DNA of 64,000 nucleotides from assembly GCA_044228445.1 (NCBI GenBank), contig JBGAUV010000001.1, positions 15,827 to 79,826 of the forward strand, written 5' to 3'. Source of the DNA: Minisyncoccia bacterium. GTDB taxonomy: Bacteria > Patescibacteriota > Minisyncoccia > Phycocordibacterales > PALSA-1337. The notes beneath the pieces are model-generated. The model saw only the letters and a program-made list of their open reading frames with translations. It did not search any database and had not been told where the DNA came from. This document shows positions 59,402 to 64,000 of this stretch, in pieces (the stretch's first letter is position 1; the number at the start of each line of letters is the position of its first letter). The translations under genes were made by a program, and so were the position numbers.

Positions 59402-60319
59402 TTACCCCTTCCTATGAAACTTTTGATGTACTTTCTTTAATTCACTATCTGTAATATGTGTATATATCTGTGTCGTTCCTATATTTGCATGTCCAAGTAA
59501 CATTTGAACCGAACGCAAATCAGCACCATTTCGCAATAAGTCTGTAGCAAAAGAGTGGCGAATAACGTGTGGAGTTACCTTTTTTGATATTCCAGCCTTA
59601 ATTGCATAAAACTTTATTATTCTTTCTACTGATCTTGGAGTTAAACGTAGTGTATTTCTTTTCTTTTTATCGGCAATTTGAACAAATAATGCATCGTCCA
59701 TGTCTTTTCTCTTTTTTAAATATTCATTTACCCATTTTTTTGCATTTTCTGATAAAAATACTACTCTGACCTTTTCTCCCTTTCCTCTTATAGAAAATTC
59801 ATCTAATTTCAAATTTATATCTCTTGGTAGGGAACATAGCTCTGAAACACGCAAACCTGTTGAAAATAACAATTCCATCATTGCTCTATCACGTAAACCT
59901 TGAATTGTATTTGTATCCGGTGCTTTTAATAAATCATTCAATTCCTCTATATTTATTAAATCTATTGATCTTTCTGCTACTTTTGCCAATTCTATTCTCT
60001 CTGGTGGTATTACTTCTATACTTCTCTTAGCTAAATACTTCAAAAAAGAGCGTAAAGCAATTAAATAATAATTCTGTGTACGTTTCTTTATTGGAGTAGG
60101 GGAGCCTCCTTTTACTTTTACTGTTTGTTGTCTATTTAACCAAAGTCTATACTCTCTAAGTACGGTATCTGTTATATCTTTTGGGTTTTTAACCTTAGTA
60201 TGCTGTAAAAATACACTTATATAGTGATCATAGTTTCTCACAGTACTCAAACTTCTTCCTTTTTCTATTTCTACATATTGAAGAAATTCTGTTTTGAGAT
60301 CTGTTATATTGTGCGACAT
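59402..60319 (-). CDS. xerC: Tyrosine site-specific recombinase XerC/XerD family (start moved to MSHNITDL)
   Basis: C-terminal R..H..R..Y catalytic box: RHSFATDLLRNGADLRSVQMLLGHANIGTTQIYTH. Confidence 0.85.
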   Translation of the reverse strand: MSHNITDLKTEFLQYVEIEKGRSLSTVRNYDHYISVFLQHTKVKNPKDITDTVLREYRLWLNRQQTVKVKGGSPTPIKKRTQNYYLIALRSFLKYLAKRSIEVIPPERIELAKVAERSIDLINIEELNDLLKAPDTNTIQGLRDRAMMELLFSTGLRVSELCSLPRDINLKLDEFSIRGKGEKVRVVFLSENAKKWVNEYLKKRKDMDDALFVQIADKKKRNTLRLTPRSVERIIKFYAIKAGISKKVTPHVIRHSFATDLLRNGADLRSVQMLLGHANIGTTQIYTHITDSELKKVHQKFHRKG

Positions 60320-60369
60320 GACTATATTGTAACAGAAATATAGTTTTCCACAGTTATACACAGAATTGT

Positions 60370-60398
60370 TTGACAAGCTTTTTCTATGGGAGTATATT
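60370..60398 (+). promoter_or_regulatory. Consensus sigma70-type promoter (TTGACA, 17-bp spacer, TATATT) driving the GC-rich noncoding unit
   Basis: TTGACA at 60370..60375, TATATT at 60393..60398. Confidence 0.45.
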
Positions 60399-60404
60399 CA
60401 TGTA

Positions 60405-60756
60405 CGAAGCAGTACATTGGAAGTAATTAAGCAGTAGTCGGTGAACCGATGTGACTGCTCTGTCACAAAACCCGCTCCACACGCGATGTGTGGAGCAAAT
60501 TGGAAAGGTCCCAACTATGAAGAGTCCGAACGCGCCCCCTGGCAACGTTACCGTTGCCACCGCCCCCCATGGATTCAATGGCCTGACGAAGGCCTCCACC
60601 CCCCTGCGGAATACGGAGTATCCCGACAACCCGGCCCGCATCGCCTCCTCCCAGAAGCTCGGAGAACCGAGCACGTACGGTTGCTCCGCCTGACCACTCT
60701 AATCCGGTCAGAACGAGCATTTGCCACTTCATCCGGTCGATGGAGTGGCATTTTTT
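60405..60756 (+). ncRNA. Putative ~350-nt GC-rich highly structured ncRNA (class unassigned; RNase P RNA / tmRNA / novel)
   Basis: No plausible ORF (four mutually overlapping G/P/R-rich ORFs); ~60% GC; perfect hairpins (gctccacac-gcgat-gtgtggagc, ggcaacg-ttac-cgttgcc, gctcgg-agaa-ccgagc, ctgacc..ggtcag); ends in terminator gccacttcatc-cggtcg-gatggagtggc plus TTTTTT. Confidence 0.45.
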
Positions 60757-60821
60757 ATATCTATTATAACCCTTAAAATAAGGGTATTTTTTATTATTTA
60801 ATACTCTATTCATAATTTTAC

Positions 60822-60850
60822 TTGACAAATATTTTATATATGCTAGGATA
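60822..60850 (+). promoter_or_regulatory. Second promoter-like element (TTGACA then 16-17 bp then TAGGAT/TATATA)
   Basis: TTGACA at 60822..60827. Confidence 0.3.
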
Positions 60851-60856
60851 TTACCA

Positions 60857-61138
60857 GATGAACCTTGTTAGTACCCTTTATCTGGGGCAGGGAACATCTA
60901 AGGATCGGCGACGTAGCCAAATCCTTCAACACATGAATCTCTCCTAATGAGTTTATTGTTAGGAGAAAACGTGGGACTGAAAGGAGTCCATGAACAAAGA
61001 CCCGCCCGTCGAGTAAGATTTCTTGCTCGGACGACACAAAAAAGAATCAAACCTCAACCCGAGAACGCCAGCTCTATTGCCTAAGCGTTCTCATAACCCG
61101 GACTCTAGCGTGTTGCAACGCTCGAGTCCGATTTTTTT
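60857..61138 (+). ncRNA. Second putative structured ncRNA (~280 nt), ends at a strong intrinsic terminator just upstream of the rpsO promoter
   Basis: No ORF; hairpins tctcctaa..ttaggaga, gagaacgc..gcgttctc, ggat..atcc; terminator ggactctagcg-tgttgcaa-cgctcgagtcc plus gaTTTTTTT at 61100..61138. Confidence 0.35.
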
Positions 61139-61193
61139 ATAAAACACATACAGTATTGCTTTATAAACACATTCATGCTATTATCTTCACACA

Positions 61194-61460
61194 ATGCTTA
61201 CAACAAAACAGAAAGAAAAAGTAATAAAGCTTGCAGCGATTCACGATAAGGACACTGGCTCTCCAGAGGTTCAGATTTCAATTTTAACAAAGAAGATCAA
61301 TGAACTAGCTCTACATTTGAAGAAACATAAGAAAGACAATCACTCAAGAAGAGGTTTGTTAGCTATGGTTTCAGACAGACAAGCACATATGAACTATTTG
61401 AAGAAGAAGAATCCAAAGAGATACTCAAGTATTGCAAAAAAGCTAGATTTGAAGAAATAA
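61194..61460 (+). CDS. rpsO: 30S ribosomal protein S15
   Basis: S15 signature ...GSPEVQI..LT.KI..L..HLK.HKKD.HSRRGLL.MV..R...L.YL...; TTGCTT-17-TATTAT promoter ends about 10 nt before ATG (near-leaderless). Confidence 0.9.
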   Translation: MLTTKQKEKVIKLAAIHDKDTGSPEVQISILTKKINELALHLKKHKKDNHSRRGLLAMVSDRQAHMNYLKKKNPKRYSSIAKKLDLKK

Positions 61461-61564
61461 ATATATAACAATATAGTGCTATACTATATTTAGTTTGGTT
61501 TTAATAAGCATTTTAATAGATAATTTAATAGTATTTAATTTTTAATAAGTAATTTTTAATTTTC

Positions 61565-62206
61565 ATGTCAGTAATAAAACATAAAGAACAACGTGTTGGT
61601 ATTTTTATAGACACACAAAACATATATCATAGTGGGAAAAATCTATATCATTCAAAAGTAAATTTTGGACAAATAGTAAAGGATGCTCTGGAAAATCGTT
61701 CTCTAATACGTGCAGTAGCATATGTTATAACAACAGAAGCAGGGGATGAGAAAGGCTTTTTTGATGCTTTAACAAAAATGGGTATTGAAACAAAGACAAA
61801 GGATTTGCAAATATTCGGTAGTGGAGCAAAAAAGGCAGATTGGGATGTAGGATTGGCAATTGATGCAGTTAAAATGGCTCCAAAGCTTGATGCAGTAATA
61901 CTCGTAACTGGAGATGGGGACTTTGTACCACTAGTTGAATACTTACAAATGAATGAAGGATGTCAGGTAGAAGTAGTTTCATTTGGAAAATCAACATCAA
62001 CAAAGCTAGTTGAAGCAGCAGATGACTTTAAAGATCTTGATTCAGATCCACAGAAATACCTTATAAACAATAAAAGTAATTTTAATACTAAAAGCAAGAA
62101 TACAAAGCATAATTTCAAAAAAAGAAATAATGATAGAAATGAAATATCACAAGATACAGAAGAAAATATAGGTGATATGTCAGCAGATTTATCAGGACAA
62201 GAATAA
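61565..62206 (+). CDS. NYN-domain (LabA-like, PIN-like) protein
   Basis: VGIFIDTQNIYHS...VILVTGDGDFVPLVEYLQ NYN pattern. Confidence 0.65.
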   Translation: MSVIKHKEQRVGIFIDTQNIYHSGKNLYHSKVNFGQIVKDALENRSLIRAVAYVITTEAGDEKGFFDALTKMGIETKTKDLQIFGSGAKKADWDVGLAIDAVKMAPKLDAVILVTGDGDFVPLVEYLQMNEGCQVEVVSFGKSTSTKLVEAADDFKDLDSDPQKYLINNKSNFNTKSKNTKHNFKKRNNDRNEISQDTEENIGDMSADLSGQE

Positions 62207-62211
62207 AAATG

Positions 62212-62245
62212 GAACCGGTTTAATACCGGTTTTATTTTATATAGC
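62212..62245 (+). terminator. Hairpin aaccggt-ttaat-accggtt followed by TTATTTT
   Basis: Read directly after the NYN gene. Confidence 0.4.
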
Positions 62246-62276
62246 TCTATTTATACATATTTGTTAAAATTAAAAC

Positions 62277-64000
62277 ATGAACTCCAAACAATACTCTATA
62301 GAAATAGGTGGAAAAGTATTAATAGCTGAATTTAACAATCTAGCAGAACAAGCACATGGATCGGTAACTCTAAAATATGGCAATACAGTAGTGTTAGCGA
62401 CTGTAGTAATGAGTAAAGAAGAAAGAGATATAGATTTCTTTCCATTAACAGTAGAGTATGAAGAGAGATTTTATGCTTCAGGAAAAATACTAGGTAGTAG
62501 ATTTATAAGAAGGGAGGGAAAGCCTAGTGATGAAGCAATACTATCTGGGAGAATAGTTGATAGAACTATAAGGCCATTGTTTGATCATCATATAAGAAAT
62601 GAAGTTCAAGTTGTCTTAACTGTATTATCAATAGATGAAGATGATCCAGATGTTATATCTGTAATTGGTGCATCATTAGCACTAGGCACATCAGATATAC
62701 CTTGGAATGGACCAGTTTCAGCTGTAAGAATAGGGCATAATAATGGTTTTCATATTAATCCTAGCTATACAGAAAGAAAAAAGGCAGATATAAGTTTGGA
62801 TTTGGTAGCTTGTGGTAAAGATGGAAATATAAATATGATTGAACTTGGTGGTAAAGAATGTAGTGAAGATGAGGTTACACAAGCAATAATGAAAGCGAGT
62901 GAAGAAATAGAAAAAATACAAAAATGGCAAGAAAATATAATTAAAGAAATAGGTAAAACAAAAAGAGTAATTGAAAATAAACCAATTCCAACAAGTGTAA
63001 TTGAATTATTTAATAAAGAAATAGAACCTATTTTAAAACAAGCAATTTTTAATAATGAAAGTGGTGAAAAAAGCTTTGGTAGTGTAAAGGAAAAATGGGA
63101 AAAGCTATATAAAGAAAATTATCCTAGTGAAAACATAAGTGTAGCAAAGGAATATCTAGAAGAAAGAATAAATAAATTAATACATGATGAAGCTATTGAT
63201 AATGGAAGAAGAGCTGATGGTAGGGGGATGGATGAAATAAGACCCCTATATGCAAAAGCTGGAGGAATATCACCAATACTTCATGGTAGCGGAACATTTT
63301 ATCGTGGACAGACACATGTTTTATCAGTTTTAACTTTAGGTGGCCCTGGAGATGCTCAAGTTCTCGATGGGATGGAAATAACTCAAGATAAAAGATTTAT
63401 GCATCACTATAACTTTCCACCATTTTCTACTGGAGAAACTGGAAGAATAGGAGGAACAAATAGAAGAATGATAGGTCATGGTGCTCTAGCTGAAAAGGCT
63501 CTTTTACCAGTGATTCCTACAAAAGAAATTTTCCCATACACAATACGCTTGGTTTCTGAAGCATTTTCTTCAAATGGATCTACATCTATGGGTTCAGTAT
63601 GCGGAAGCACAATAGCTCTTATGGATGGTGGTGTGCCTATAAAGGCTCCAGTTGCTGGAATAGCTTCTGGCCTCATGATGAGAGAGGTGAAGTCTGGAAT
63701 AATAGGTAAGATATTTGGAAATAAAAAATATGAATATAAAATTTTAACTGATATACAGGGACCGGAAGATCATCATGGAGATATGGATTTTAAGGTAGCG
63801 GGTACAAGACAGGGTATTACAGCTATTCAAATGGATGTAAAAGTGAGCGGTGTACCAATACCAATACTTAATGAAGCATTTGAAAAAGCCAAACTAGCAC
63901 GTATGAAAATACTTGATGTAATTGAAAAAGAAATAGCAAAACCAAGACCAGATATTTCAAAACATGCACCAAAAATAGTTTTAATTAATATAAATAAAGA
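62277..64000 (+). CDS. pnp: Polynucleotide phosphorylase, 5' part (runs off window end)
   Basis: Self-translated from ATG 62277: MNSKQYSIEIGGKVLIAEFNNLAEQAHGSVTL...FFPLTVEYEERFYASGKI.GS..RREGKPS, later RADGR..DEIRP RNase PH-domain motifs; rpsO-pnp synteny. Confidence 0.9.
   Translation, partial: MNSKQYSIEIGGKVLIAEFNNLAEQAHGSVTLKYGNTVVLATVVMSKEERDIDFFPLTVEYEERFYASGKILGSRFIRREGKPSDEAILSGRIVDRTIRPLFDHHIRNEVQVVLTVLSIDEDDPDVISVIGASLALGTSDIPWNGPVSAVRIGHNNGFHINPSYTERKKADISLDLVACGKDGNINMIELGGKECSEDEVTQAIMKASEEIEKIQKWQENIIKEIGKTKRVIENKPIPTSVIELFNKEIEPILKQAIFNNESGEKSFGSVKEKWEKLYKENYPSENISVAKEYLEERINKLIHDEAIDNGRRADGRGMDEIRPLYAKAGGISPILHGSGTFYRGQTHVLSVLTLGGPGDAQVLDGMEITQDKRFMHHYNFPPFSTGETGRIGGTNRRMIGHGALAEKALLPVIPTKEIFPYTIRLVSEAFSSNGSTSMGSVCGSTIALMDGGVPIKAPVAGIASGLMMREVKSGIIGKIFGNKKYEYKILTDIQGPEDHHGDMDFKVAGTRQGITAIQMDVKVSGVPIPILNEAFEKAKLARMKILDVIEKEIAKPRPDISKHAPKIVLININK

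Noticed and set aside
60671-60682. 12-mer GCACGTACGGTT identical to the 3' strand of group II intron domain V (yeast aI5gamma-type)
   Set aside because: No matching 5' strand (GAGCCGUAUGCG), no IEP/RT ORF nearby, and no other intron domains were found. The match is likely coincidental within a GC-rich hairpin.
60384-60828. Four ORFs (60384..60674 -, 60441..60776 +, 60451..60693 +, 60463..60828 -) in the GC-rich block
   Set aside because: They overlap one another on both strands and all frames, and encode G/P/R-rich low-complexity sequence. Their content follows GC richness and hairpins. The region is better explained as structured RNA.
1-64000. CRISPR arrays, IS elements and rRNA genes
   Set aside because: No regularly spaced direct repeats, no transposase-like ORFs with terminal inverted repeats, and no rRNA-like conserved blocks were seen on either strand.

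Overview
The window is a low-GC (~30-35%) bacterial chromosomal segment that is mostly housekeeping genes. Several gene-order traits suggest a Patescibacteria/CPR-like lineage: S5 runs directly into L15 with no L30 gene, several ribosomal proteins carry N- or C-terminal extensions, the type IV pilus locus has giant pilins, Shine-Dalgarno sequences are weak, and some genes look leaderless. The lineage call is inference.

The minus strand carries a near-complete S10-spc ribosomal superoperon (16907..7847), followed by secY-adk-map-ndk. tuf sits immediately upstream of rpsJ. The rpsL-rpsG-fusA str genes are separated from tuf by a ~6.7 kb island of four secreted/surface proteins. An infC-rpmI-rplT operon sits at the left end.

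Other modules:
- comEC (apparently split, with a sod gene between the pieces), rnhA, recJ, a HIT protein, pgk and tpiA.
- A type IV pilus locus: pilB, pilC, two prepilin-type proteins and a further membrane-anchored protein.
- nusA, ppa, tig, rsmE, clpP, rny and hup.
- A minus-strand tRNA cluster (Trp, Pro, Gly, Arg) with a yraN-like gene and an HTH gene, then the CCA-adding enzyme, xth and a xerC/D-type recombinase.
- rpsO, a NYN-domain protein and a 5'-partial pnp at the right end.

The most unusual region is 60370..61140. It is ~55-60% GC, about twice the local background. It contains two tandem, ORF-free units, each with a sigma70-like promoter and an intrinsic terminator, dense with perfect hairpins. 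These are candidate structured ncRNAs whose class I cannot assign from sequence. RNase P RNA, tmRNA or a novel RNA are all possible.

Other non-genic signals:
- A GC-rich hairpin array upstream of rpsL.
- Helically phased DnaA-box-like 9-mers sharing a 16-mer at two sites, plus a palindrome-embedded perfect DnaA box upstream of the island.
- A duplicated 41-bp promoter/5'UTR-like element upstream of a ComEC MBL-like fragment and an orphan MazF/PemK-like toxin gene.

No CRISPR array, IS element or rRNA gene was seen.
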